DNA from: Marmoricola sp.
Lineage (GTDB): Bacteria > Actinomycetota > Actinomycetes > Propionibacteriales > Nocardioidaceae
Direction of reading: 5' to 3'
DNA: 64,000 nt
NCBI GenBank assembly: GCA_025964775.1
Contig: JAOPYE010000024.1
Coordinates: 29,125 to 93,124, forward strand
Every line of letters begins with the position of its first letter. Position 1 is the first letter of the stretch. Both the position numbers and the translations under genes were made by a program. This document shows, in pieces, positions 50,141 to 60,032 of the stretch. The notes under the pieces are model-generated. The model was not told the DNA's origin and ran no database searches. It was given only the letters and a program-made list of their open reading frames with translations.

Positions 50141-52114
50141 TCAGTCGAACGCCGGCCCGGCTGTTTCGGGCCGGCCGTTGTTCGCCAGCAGCACGAACCG
50201 GTGCCTGCCGGGTCGTCCGAGCGGCGGGCCGTACCAGCGGACCCGGTACTGGTGACGTCCCCGCTCCGGTCCGTCGTAGCTCACACCGATCCGCCAGCCC
50301 TGGTCGTCGACCGGTCTGCCGTCGTACAACGCAGGCGCCCAGTCGTGATCACCCTCGACCTCGACGCGGACGAGCGGCTCGTGCCAGTGCAGGTCACCCG
50401 GCGAGACGTCGGTCCAGGACATCTCCCAGAACGCGTCCTCGGTCGGGGTCGCCTCGACGAAACCGATCCGGCCGATGACCCGGGCGTCGGTTGATCCCGT
50501 CGGCGCGGCGAGGTAGCGATGAACCCCGAACGTGAACGAGCGGCTCACCGGCTCGCTACCGACACCGTTCCCGAGGTCATCGGCGAGCTGGCGAGCCATC
50601 CCCGCGACCCAGGTCTGCTGGCCCGGACCGAACAGGGTGGAGGCGCCTTCGTAGTGCTGGGCCGTGTACTCCTCGGCCGTCGTCAGGTAGTCGCAGTGGT
50701 CGTTGACCAGCGAGGAGACGAACGCCGTGTCGACCCCGAGCCCGGAGGACAGCACGGCGGCCCCGATCCGGCGTCCCGACTCGACCGTCGTCTCGAACGG
50801 CAGGCCGACGACCGCTGCGTCGCCCAGCTGGAGCAGATGGATCGGCAGCACCTGCGGAAAGTCCTCGTCACGGCCCACGAACTTCGCGTGGAACATGTTC
50901 GTCCCGGCGATCCGCTTCTCGGCGTGCGGTCCGTGCGGTCGCCGCGACGAGCCCGCCTTGAACGGCGGGATCCGGTGCAGCACCGCGGTCTCGTTCTCCT
51001 CTGCGCCAGCGGTCTTGGCCCACCCGATCCGGGGTGCGGCGAGCTGGACCCCGTCCACGACCGGCGCGTCGGCGAGCGGAACCTGGCGCAGCACCGACCT
51101 GACCGTGAACTTCTCGGAGAGCGAGGACGCCAGGCGCGCGTGCAGCTCGGCAGCCGCCGTACCGATCCCCCGTCCGACCCGTTCCGCCTCGGGGAACACC
51201 AGCATTCCTGGGCGGACCGCCGGGGTCATGTCGCCGTGGGACGCCACGACCGCGCCCGTGACGGGGCGGCTGCCGGTCGCCACGGCCACCCGGTCGGCGA
51301 GCTCGCCGTTGAGGTAGGTCCACACGTCCGCGTTGTACGACGGGTCGTGGCTGCTGATCCCGGTGCCGTGGATCGAGAACCATGAGAACGCGGCCATCGG
51401 CCCTGCTGCGTCGTCGACACGAAGGAGGTGCAGGCGCGGGTCGACCGCGGCGTACTTGCGATGCACGTCGGTGCGCCGGTCGGTGATCGAGGTGTTGCGC
51501 ACGTACGCCGGCAACGACCGGTTGCGGGTCAGCCCCCAGACCTCGGTCACGCCGATAGCCGCACGCGCCGGTCGTCGGGATGCAACCGCCTCGCGAACCG
51601 CGGTCCTCAGCTGGGCCACCAGGAATTCCGCGTAGCCGGGGTCGAAGCCCGGTCTGTTGGACGCCCAGACGTTGTAGAACTCGCTGCCGCTGTACTGACC
51701 GGGTCCGGCGTGGGTGTGAGTGGCCGCCAGGAAGATCCCCGAGAGCGGCACATCGGTGTCGCTGACCTGGCGGGCCAGCTCGTGGTGGACGACTGCGGAG
51801 CCTGCGAGAAGGTCGAGTGCGATGAGCACCACCGAGGAACGCCCGCTTCGCAGATGAACAGCCCGTGCCTTGAGCCTGGTCCGGAACCCGCGCCCGTCCG
51901 TCGCGTTCTTCGAGTGCCCGGACTTCGGCATCCCCGGGGGCGGGGTGATGTCGACCTCGGCGGCGCCGGCCAGCAGACCGTCGACGGCCGGCAGCACAGG
52001 TTCGGCAACGGGCTCGATGACCAGCCGGAAGCGCTTGTCGCTGACCTCGGCGTCGGGCCAGACGGCGCCTTCGCTCGCGGATCGATCCATGCGGTGCAGA
52101 CTAGTGGGCGGCAA
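50141..52114 (-). CDS. neutral/alkaline ceramidase family protein
   Basis: 657 aa with GMPKSGHSKNATDG, ATHTHAGPG and SIHGTG, typical of bacterial neutral ceramidases. Confidence 0.7.
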   Translation of the reverse strand: MPPTSLHRMDRSASEGAVWPDAEVSDKRFRLVIEPVAEPVLPAVDGLLAGAAEVDITPPPGMPKSGHSKNATDGRGFRTRLKARAVHLRSGRSSVVLIALDLLAGSAVVHHELARQVSDTDVPLSGIFLAATHTHAGPGQYSGSEFYNVWASNRPGFDPGYAEFLVAQLRTAVREAVASRRPARAAIGVTEVWGLTRNRSLPAYVRNTSITDRRTDVHRKYAAVDPRLHLLRVDDAAGPMAAFSWFSIHGTGISSHDPSYNADVWTYLNGELADRVAVATGSRPVTGAVVASHGDMTPAVRPGMLVFPEAERVGRGIGTAAAELHARLASSLSEKFTVRSVLRQVPLADAPVVDGVQLAAPRIGWAKTAGAEENETAVLHRIPPFKAGSSRRPHGPHAEKRIAGTNMFHAKFVGRDEDFPQVLPIHLLQLGDAAVVGLPFETTVESGRRIGAAVLSSGLGVDTAFVSSLVNDHCDYLTTAEEYTAQHYEGASTLFGPGQQTWVAGMARQLADDLGNGVGSEPVSRSFTFGVHRYLAAPTGSTDARVIGRIGFVEATPTEDAFWEMSWTDVSPGDLHWHEPLVRVEVEGDHDWAPALYDGRPVDDQGWRIGVSYDGPERGRHQYRVRWYGPPLGRPGRHRFVLLANNGRPETAGPAFD

Positions 52115-52164
52115 CGCCCCGATTCGTGGGTCACGCCTTCGTCTTGCTAAGGTAGCGCCCGCTC

Positions 52165-52252
52165 GTCCGAGTGGCGGAATGGCAGACGCGCTAGCTTGAG
52201 GTGCTAGTGCCCTTTAACGGGCGTGGGGGTTCAAGTCCCCCCTCGGACACCA
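52165..52252 (+). tRNA. tRNA-Leu (anticodon GAG), class II with long variable arm, CCA encoded
   Basis: Cloverleaf folded by hand. Acceptor GTCCGAG/CTCGGAC; anticodon stem CTAGC/GCTAG with loop TTGAGGT; variable arm GCCC-TTTAA-CGGGC; T arm GGGGG-TTCAAGT-CCCCC; discriminator A plus CCA. Confidence 0.9.
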
Positions 52253-52254
52253 GA

Positions 52255-52293
52255 AGATCCCCGGATTCCTGCAGGTCAGGAGCCCGGGGATCT
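52255..52293. terminator. hairpin directly after tRNA-Leu (possibly bidirectional)
   Basis: agatccccgg (52255-52264) pairs with ccggggatct (52284-52293), with a 19-nt loop, followed by ttggtgcttgt. Confidence 0.45.
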
Positions 52294-52309
52294 TGGTGCT
52301 TGTGGCTGG

Positions 52310-52729
52310 TCAGGCGCGTTGCGCCAGCCGCGCTCCCGACATTCGTCGCAGGACCACCAGCGCCAGGACCACAACCGCCGACTCGGTCAGCACCGAGACG
52401 ACGCCGAGCGGCTCGAACCAGTTGCCGACATCGTCGGAGAGCTGCGGGAAGGCCACCAGGCGGGTGGCGGCGTAGCCGATGACCGCTGCGCCGCAGACCG
52501 CGCTCGCGGCGGCGTACGCCGCGGGGTGGTCGGTGACCGCGACTGCGATACCGATGCCGAAGCAGGCGATCGTCAACAGGATGAACAGCACGCCCATGTA
52601 GGGCGCTTCCTCCAGGTGCGGGCGGATCACTGGGATGTGCGCAATCGCCGCGGCGAAGATGATAGGGACCAGCAGCCAGCGCAGAGCTGCGTGCCGGGAG
52701 GTCTTGGACGGGTTGGGAGTGGTGTTCAT
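52310..52729 (-). CDS. small integral membrane protein (about 4 TM), function unknown
   Basis: 139 aa with hydrophobic segments. Conserved-looking His pair in AHIPVIRPHLEEAPYMG. Normal codon usage. Confidence 0.55.
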   Translation of the reverse strand: MNTTPNPSKTSRHAALRWLLVPIIFAAAIAHIPVIRPHLEEAPYMGVLFILLTIACFGIGIAVAVTDHPAAYAAASAVCGAAVIGYAATRLVAFPQLSDDVGNWFEPLGVVSVLTESAVVVLALVVLRRMSGARLAQRA

Positions 52730-52774
52730 GGCGAGCCACCTGACGAGACGAGTACTGCGGCGGTATGGACTTCG

Positions 52775-52813
52775 GGTGGTTCCGTCCCAGCCTACGGCCG
52801 GGACGGAACCACC
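52775..52813. terminator. perfect 14-bp stem hairpin between the duplicated lipoprotein gene and the 4-TM gene
   Basis: ggtggttccgtccc (52775-52788) pairs with gggacggaaccacc (52800-52813), with an 11-nt loop. Confidence 0.5.
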
Positions 52814-52828
52814 GTGGTGAGGCTCAGC

Positions 52829-54082
52829 TCAGCTGAGCTTCTTGTTGGCGGCGATGCCACCGGCCAGGATCTTGGCCGTGCCGGGCATGTGCATGGCGGC
52901 CATCTCCAGGTCGGGGTACACAGCCGGCTTGCCGCCGACCAGCGCGTCGATCGTCGTGAGCAGCGTCGCCACGTGCGGGATCAGTTCCTGGGCGACCGCG
53001 TCAGCGGGCAGCTCGGGGACGACCGAGTTGATCAGCTGACCGAACGAGGTCCGGTAGCCGTTCAGGTCGGACTTCGCCTGCGCTGCCATGGCGGCGTTCT
53101 TCGTTGCCTTGCCGAGGGTGTAGTTGACGAAGAACCCGATGTGCTGGCGCCACGACTGCAGGAACGGTGTTGCTGCTGCCGGGTACGCCGAGCCCACCGC
53201 CTGCGAGAGCGCGACCGAGTTCGCGTCGAGAGCGTTGACCGCAGCCACGACGGACGGATCCTTGAGGTTCCCACCCTTGATGACGGCCTGCGTCAGTGCG
53301 ATGCCGGCCAGGTCGACGTGCGAGTCGAGCAGGTAGGTCAGGCCCGAGCGCAGACCGGACGCGGCATCGTCGGGATCGCCGGAGAGGCCCTTGTTCTTCG
53401 CAATGCCACCGGCGAGGATGTCGGCGGTCATAGGCATGTGGGCAGCAGCCTTGGAGAGCAGCGCGAAAGCGTCACCCTTGCCGGAGACCAGGGCGTCGAT
53501 CGTGTCGAGCAGGGTCTGCACGTGCGGGATCAGCTCCTGGGCGACGGCGGCGGCCGGCAGCTCGGGGACGACCGAGTGGATCAGCTGGCCGAACGAGGTC
53601 CGGTAGCCGTTCAGGTCGGACTTCGCCTGCGCTGCCATCGCTGCGTTCTTGGTCGCCTTGCCGAGGGTGTAGTTGACGAAGAACCCGATGTGCTGGCGCC
53701 ACGACTGCAGGAACGGTGTCGCCGCGGCCGGGTAGACCGAGCCGATCGCCTTCGAGAGGGCGACCGAGTTGCCGTCGAGCGTGGTCACTGCGGCCACCAC
53801 GGACGGGTCCTTGAGGTTTCCGCCCTTGTCGACCGCGGTCTTCAGCGCGATGCCGGCCAGGTAGACGTGTTGGGTCAGCAGGTCGGTCAGCGTGGCACGC
53901 AGCTCGGCGGCCGGGGTCGTCGTGGCGGCCGTACCGGCGACGGCCGTGGTCGACGGCGACGAGTTCGGAGTGGTCGAGGACGCCGGCGTGCTCGAGGAGC
54001 CACAGGCCGCCAGCGACACGGTCATCAAGGTCGCCACCGCAGCGGCAGCGAGGCGGGTCTTGCCGGAGTTGGTCAGATTCAT
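52829..54082 (-). CDS. lipoprotein built from two 183-aa tandem repeats of an uncharacterised helical, His-containing domain
   Basis: ATG 54082 follows AAGGAG. Lipobox VSLAACGS, then a Ser/Thr/Pro linker, then two repeats (aa about 73-255 and 256-432 of the track ORF). The repeats share an identical 50-aa core PAAATPFLQSWRQHIGFFVNYTLGKATKNAAMAAQAKSDLNGYRTSFGQLI. Confidence 0.7.
   Translation of the reverse strand: MNLTNSGKTRLAAAAVATLMTVSLAACGSSSTPASSTTPNSSPSTTAVAGTAATTTPAAELRATLTDLLTQHVYLAGIALKTAVDKGGNLKDPSVVAAVTTLDGNSVALSKAIGSVYPAAATPFLQSWRQHIGFFVNYTLGKATKNAAMAAQAKSDLNGYRTSFGQLIHSVVPELPAAAVAQELIPHVQTLLDTIDALVSGKGDAFALLSKAAAHMPMTADILAGGIAKNKGLSGDPDDAASGLRSGLTYLLDSHVDLAGIALTQAVIKGGNLKDPSVVAAVNALDANSVALSQAVGSAYPAAATPFLQSWRQHIGFFVNYTLGKATKNAAMAAQAKSDLNGYRTSFGQLINSVVPELPADAVAQELIPHVATLLTTIDALVGGKPAVYPDLEMAAMHMPGTAKILAGGIAANKKLS
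52832..53911 (-). repeat. intragenic tandem duplication, period 549 nt
   Basis: Two exact runs are shared by the copies: 53040-53089 equals 53589-53638 (50 nt) and 53106-53170 equals 53655-53719 (65 nt). They are flanked by diverged sequence. Confidence 0.85.
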
Positions 54083-54135
54083 CGGGATGCTCCTTGGGAG
54101 GTGGATCGGTGGGACGTGCACAAACAACTGGGGTG

Positions 54136-54564
54136 CTACGGGGTGACGTCGATCTCGCCGTTCATGCCGTGGTGGATCGAGCAGTAGTAGACGTACTTGC
54201 CAGGCTTGGTGAACGTGTAGGACACGTCGTGGCCCGTGCTCAGCGGCATGTTGACCAGGCCGTCCGGGTTCTGCGACGTGCGCAGTCCGTCGGATCCGAG
54301 GACGAAGGTTCCCGTCGTCACCGTGTGGGCGATCGAGTCGGAATCGGTCCAGGTGACCAAGGTGCCGACCTTGACCGTCAGCTTCGCCGGAGTGAACGAC
54401 AGCAGCTTCGTGGTCACGGTTGTGGCGCTGTCGTGCTGCGTGGTCGAACCGGCTCCAGGCGAGCCGGCCGATCCGCAGGCCGACAGGACTGTGAGTGCGA
54501 CCAGGGCGGCACCGGTGGCGAGCTTGCGACGTGTTCTCGTTTTCACACCGCTAGTTCGGAGCAA
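54136..54564 (-). CDS. cupredoxin (plastocyanin/amicyanin-like type-1 copper) lipoprotein
   Basis: Lipobox LTVLSACGS. Copper ligand set His (SIAHTV) and Cys-x2-His-x2-Met (YYCSIHHGM). Longest ORF starts at TTG 54564; GTG 54546 (VKTRTRRKLATG) is more plausible. Confidence 0.8.
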   Translation of the reverse strand: MLRTSGVKTRTRRKLATGAALVALTVLSACGSAGSPGAGSTTQHDSATTVTTKLLSFTPAKLTVKVGTLVTWTDSDSIAHTVTTGTFVLGSDGLRTSQNPDGLVNMPLSTGHDVSYTFTKPGKYVYYCSIHHGMNGEIDVTP

Positions 54565-54573
54565 CCTCCGAAC
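54554..54573. terminator. hairpin between the DUF4333-like gene and the cupredoxin gene
   Basis: gttcggag-caac-ctccgaac, a perfect 8-bp stem. It may be a terminator/attenuator or an RBS-occluding element. Confidence 0.3.
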
Positions 54574-54609
54574 CGGATTGGAGCAGGGGCCAACCCGGTC
54601 AGCCCGTCG

Positions 54610-55131
54610 TTACTTGCCTGCGCCGTAGGACCAGGTGATGCCGCCGTGCGGGTCGCGCGACACCGTGGCGATCACCGTCCCACCGGACGCGAGGGTGAGG
54701 GTGCACGTGGTCGTCGCGCCGTTGGTCAGCGTCACCCGGGCAGGACAGACGGTCGAAGCCACGGCGTCGGCCTTGTTCTGAGCTGTGAAGTCACTCTGGA
54801 TGGCCGTCGCGAGTACGTCACTGTCCGGCGTCGGCACCTCAGTCAGCTTCCAGCGCACGTGCCTCTGGGAGTCCTGCACGGTCACCGTCACGATGCCTGC
54901 GGATCCAGAAGGCGACGACACCGAACATGTGAAGGTCCTGCCGGCGCTCGACGGCACGTTGCTCGGGCAGGAGACGGACTGAATCCTGGTCTGCGGATTG
55001 TGGTCGAGGGTGACCTTGATGTTCCGTTCTAGCGCGGCAGCGTCCACATGCTTCGCCCCGCAGGAAGTCAGGACGACGCCAGCGGCGGCCACCAGCACGA
55101 CCGAGACCGCGAAACGGGCAGGACGGGACAT
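54610..55131 (-). CDS. lipoprotein with two DUF4333-like halves
   Basis: MSRPARFAVSVVLVAAAGVVLTSCG lipobox. Two repeats each carry a Cys pair (SVSCPSNVPSSAGRTFTCSV and STVCPARVTLTNGATTTCTL). Confidence 0.6.
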   Translation of the reverse strand: MSRPARFAVSVVLVAAAGVVLTSCGAKHVDAAALERNIKVTLDHNPQTRIQSVSCPSNVPSSAGRTFTCSVSSPSGSAGIVTVTVQDSQRHVRWKLTEVPTPDSDVLATAIQSDFTAQNKADAVASTVCPARVTLTNGATTTCTLTLASGGTVIATVSRDPHGGITWSYGAGK

Positions 55132-55144
55132 GCGCGCAACGTAG

Positions 55145-55161
55145 TGGTTGGATTGCAACCA
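55145..55161. promoter_or_regulatory. 17-nt palindrome TGGTTG-N5-CAACCA abutting the SDR start codon
   Basis: tggttggattgcaacca read directly; the last base is the A of the ATG at 55161. Confidence 0.25.
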
Positions 55162-56024
55162 TGTCGAACCTCGCAGGCAAGGTCGTCCTGATCACCGGCG
55201 GCGCTCGAGGTATCGGTGCCGCAACGGCGCGCGAACTCGCGCGGCAGGGCGCCAGGCTCGTCCTGACCGACGTCGACCGGGAGCCCCTCGACGCCATCGG
55301 TTCCGAGCTCGGGACAGAGGACGCCCTCACCGTCGTCGCCGACGTGACCGACCTGGCCGCCATGGAAGCCGCCGTCGCGGCAGGTGTCGAGAAGTTCGGC
55401 GGGATCGACGTCGTCGTGGCCAACGCCGGCATCGCCAGCTACGGCTCGGTCCTGGGGGTCGACCCGTCCACGTTCCGCCGGGTCATCGACATCAACATCA
55501 ACGGCGTCTTCCACACGGTCCGGGCGGCCCTCCCCTCGGTGATCGAACGGAAGGGCTACGTCCTGATCGTGTCCTCGCTCGCCGCCTTCGCGGCAGCACC
55601 GGGACTGGCGGCGTACAACGCCAGCAAGGCCGGGGTCGAGCACTTCGGGAACGCGCTGCGCCTCGAGGTCGCGCACCACGGCGTCGACGTCGGGACCGCG
55701 CACATGTCGTGGATCGACACTCCCCTGGTCCAGGACGCGAAGAACGACCTGTCTGCTTTCGCCGAGATGATCTCGCTTCTGCCCGGGCCCCTGAAGAAGA
55801 CCACCTCGGTCGACGCCTGTGCGACTGCCTTCGTCAGCGGCATCGAGAGGCGCAAGCGCCGGGTCTACGTCCCGGGGTGGGTCGGCGTGATCCGCGCGCG
55901 TCGGAACCTCCTCTCCTCGAGCATCGGTGACCGCGCCACCCTCAGGCACGTACCACGGCTGTTGCCGAAGATGGATGAGGAAGTCCGGGCGCTAGGTCGT
56001 TCGACGAGCGCCAGGAACACGTAG
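55161..56024 (+). CDS. short-chain dehydrogenase/reductase (SDR)
   Basis: VLITGGARGIG (TGxxxGxG), NAGI and YNASKAGV (YxxxK). Confidence 0.85.
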   Translation: MSNLAGKVVLITGGARGIGAATARELARQGARLVLTDVDREPLDAIGSELGTEDALTVVADVTDLAAMEAAVAAGVEKFGGIDVVVANAGIASYGSVLGVDPSTFRRVIDININGVFHTVRAALPSVIERKGYVLIVSSLAAFAAAPGLAAYNASKAGVEHFGNALRLEVAHHGVDVGTAHMSWIDTPLVQDAKNDLSAFAEMISLLPGPLKKTTSVDACATAFVSGIERRKRRVYVPGWVGVIRARRNLLSSSIGDRATLRHVPRLLPKMDEEVRALGRSTSARNT

Positions 56025-56043
56025 GTCGAGACGGTCCTGCGTG

Positions 56044-56190
56044 TCAGCTGGCCATGAACAGGATGGCCTCGCGGTCGTACTCGCGACCCTCGTGCTCGGC
56101 CTTGAGGTGCGCCTGGACCAGCTCGACGAGGGTGTCCTCGTCGGCAGCCGTGATGTATTCGCCGCAGGGGCAGTTCAGACGGGTCTTCAT
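56044..56190 (-). CDS. small (48 aa) Cys-containing protein, DUF1059-like
   Basis: MKTRLNCPCGEYITAADEDTLVELVQAHLKAEHEGREYDREAILFMAS. It sits 22 nt downstream of guaB1. The longer track ORF would overlap guaB1. Confidence 0.4.
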   Translation of the reverse strand: MKTRLNCPCGEYITAADEDTLVELVQAHLKAEHEGREYDREAILFMAS

Positions 56191-56212
56191 GCCCCGATCA
56201 TAGGTCCCGACC

Positions 56213-57658
<1,446 letters not shown>

Positions 57659-57689
57659 CTACCCGCGCCCGGTCCGACAAGATGGCGTC

Positions 57690-58738
57690 ATGCCCCCCAC
57701 CACCGTGACCGCTCGCGCTCCGGGCCGGGTGAACCTGATCGGGGAGCACCTCGACTACAACGGCGGCCGCTGCCTCCCGATCGCCGTCGATCTCGCGACG
57801 ATCACCACGGTGTCCCGCTCCGCCGACGGTCACCCGCGGTACTCCAGCGACGCGGCAGCCCACGGCTGGACGGCGTACGTGTCCGGGGTGCTGGCCGCCC
57901 TGGGCGTCGGGGAACCGCTCGAGATCACCGTCACCTCGGACCTGCCAACCGGTGCCGGGCTGGCCAGCTCGGCCGCCCTGGAGTGCAGCATCGCGCTGGC
58001 GGTCGACACGCTGCTGGACCTGGGACTGAGTCGCGACGACCTGATGATGGCCTGCATCCGCGCGGAGAACGACTACGTCGGTGTCCCGACCGGTGGCATG
58101 GACCAGGCCACCTCGCTGTTCGCCGAGCAGGGACACGCCCTGCGACTCGACTTTGCTGACAGCTCGCGCCACCTCGTGCCGTTCGACCCTGGCTCTGACC
58201 AGCTCACTCTCCTGGTCATCGACACCCGGGTCAGCCATGCCCTGGTCGACGGCGCGTACGCCGCCCGTCGGGCCGACTGCGACGCCGCCGCCGAGGCGCT
58301 GCGGATCACCCATCTCGCCTACGCGACCGCCGAACAGATCGAGGGACTTCCGGGCGGCCGACTGGGCCGTCGGGCCCGGCACGTGGCAAGCGAGCAGGAG
58401 CGCGTCATCGCGTTCGAAGCCGCCCTGGGAGTGCGCGACTGGGCGACGGTCGGCGCGCTGATGACGGCGTCGCACGTCTCCCTGCGCGACGACTACGAGG
58501 TGTCCTGCCCCGAGCTCGACCTCGCCGTCGAGACGGCGAACTCGGCCGGTGCCCTGGGGGCGCGGATGACCGGTGGTGGATTCGGCGGGCGGCGATCGCC
58601 CTGGTGCCTCAGGAATCGCTCGAGAACCTCGAGGCTGCGATCCGCAGCGCGTTCACCGCGAACAGCCACGACGCCCCGACCCTGTACCGGGTCGAGGCGT
58701 CGCGCGGTGCCGGCCTGCTCGAAATCGGTGGAGCCTGA
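57690..58738 (+). pseudogene. galK: galactokinase with a reading frame broken near 58590 (pseudogene or sequencing error)
   Basis: N-terminal APGRVNLIGEHLDYNGG and GHMP motif PTGAGLASSAALE. After GARMTGGGFGG the frame yields RRSPWCLRNRS... The frame entered by adding one base reads AIALVPQESLENLEAAIRSAFTANSHDAPTLYRVEASRGAGLLEIGGA and stops at 58736-58738. Confidence 0.75.
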
Positions 58739-58741
58739 GCG

Positions 58742-59959
58742 CTACTTGAGCTCGGCCGAGCTCAGGCCGAGGATCCGTCGCGCCACGATCAGCTGCTGGA
58801 TCTGCTGGGTGCCCTCGAAGATGTCGAGGATCTTGGAGTCGCGGCCCCACTTCTCCAGCAGGTCGGTCTCGGAGTAACCGAGCGTGCCGGCGAGCTCGAC
58901 GCAGCGCAGGGTGACATCGCTGCCCACCCGGCCGGCCTTCGCCTTCGCCATCGAGGCCTCCATCGAGTTCGGCTGACGGTTGTCCGCCATCCAGGCCGAC
59001 TGGAGGGTCAGCAGGTACGCCGCCTCCCAGTCCGCCTCGAGCTGCAGGAACGTCGCCGCCGCGGCCGACTGGCTGAAGGCCGGCCGGTCGTAGTCGATCT
59101 CGATGCCGGCGTCGCGCAGGATGTCGCGCGTCAGGTCGAGCGAGGCACGCGCACAACCGACAGCCATCGCCGCCACGAGCGGCCGGGTGTTGTCGAAGGT
59201 CGCCATCGCCCCGGCGAAGCCCATCTTGGTGTCGATCTCCGGCGAGCCCAGCAGGTTCGCAGCGGGCACGCGGCAGTCCGTGAACATGATCACCGCGGTG
59301 TCGGACGCCCGGATGCCGAGCTTGTGCTCGAGCCGCTCGACCTTCATCCCCGGGGTGCCCTTGGTCACCACGAACGACTTGATCGCCGCACGACCGAGGC
59401 TCTTGTCCAGGGTCGCCCAGACGACGACGCTGTCAGCACGCTCGCCCGAGGTCACGAAGATCTTCTCGCCGTTGAGGACGTACTCGTCGCCGTCCTTGAC
59501 CGCGGTGGTCGAGATCGCGGCGGAGTCCGACCCGAAGGACGGCTCGGTGATCGCCATCGCCGCCCAGGTCGGGCCGAACCGGGCGAGCTGCTCGTCGGTG
59601 GCCACCGAAGCGATCGCCGAGTTGCCGAGCCCCTGGCGCGGCATCGAGAGAAGCAGGCCGACATCTCCCCAGCACATCTCGCCGACCGAGAGGACGGAGG
59701 CGAGGTTGGCGCCGTTCTTGTTGCCGGCCTTCTCCTCGGGCTTGTCGTCACGGCGTACGCCGGCAGCACCGGCGCCCTCGGAGGCACCGGAGTCGGCGAG
59801 GCCGTCGATCATCGCGGCCAGCATGTCGAGTTCCTTGGGGTACTCGTGCTCGGCAGCGTCGTACTTGCGCGAGATCGGCCGCAGCATGTTCATCGCGACC
59901 TGGTGGGCCTGGTCGATGAGCGGGCGGATCTTCTTGGGAGTCTCGAGATTGATGCTCAT
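58742..59959 (-). CDS. acyl-CoA dehydrogenase
   Basis: AMAITEPSFGSD, and a canonical catalytic-base region IFEGTQQIQQLIVARRILG. ATG 59959 (MSINLETPKK). Confidence 0.85.
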   Translation of the reverse strand: MSINLETPKKIRPLIDQAHQVAMNMLRPISRKYDAAEHEYPKELDMLAAMIDGLADSGASEGAGAAGVRRDDKPEEKAGNKNGANLASVLSVGEMCWGDVGLLLSMPRQGLGNSAIASVATDEQLARFGPTWAAMAITEPSFGSDSAAISTTAVKDGDEYVLNGEKIFVTSGERADSVVVWATLDKSLGRAAIKSFVVTKGTPGMKVERLEHKLGIRASDTAVIMFTDCRVPAANLLGSPEIDTKMGFAGAMATFDNTRPLVAAMAVGCARASLDLTRDILRDAGIEIDYDRPAFSQSAAAATFLQLEADWEAAYLLTLQSAWMADNRQPNSMEASMAKAKAGRVGSDVTLRCVELAGTLGYSETDLLEKWGRDSKILDIFEGTQQIQQLIVARRILGLSSAELK

Positions 59960-60032
59960 ACGCGTACTCGCTTCGCTCCGTGCGCGCATGAGCCATGCTC
60001 GCTGTGTCGATTGATTCGTTCGCTGCGCTCAC

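Noticed and set aside
52165-55160. Possible integrated mobile element using tRNA-Leu as attachment site.
   Set aside because: There is no integrase, recombinase, excisionase or phage/plasmid gene downstream. I found no direct repeat of the tRNA 3' end in the following 3 kb. The genes there are envelope proteins with host-like composition.
58739-58877. C-terminal 46 codons of the galK track ORF that overlap the acyl-CoA dehydrogenase 3' end.
   Set aside because: They are an artefact of the frameshift at about 58590. The restored frame terminates at 58738.
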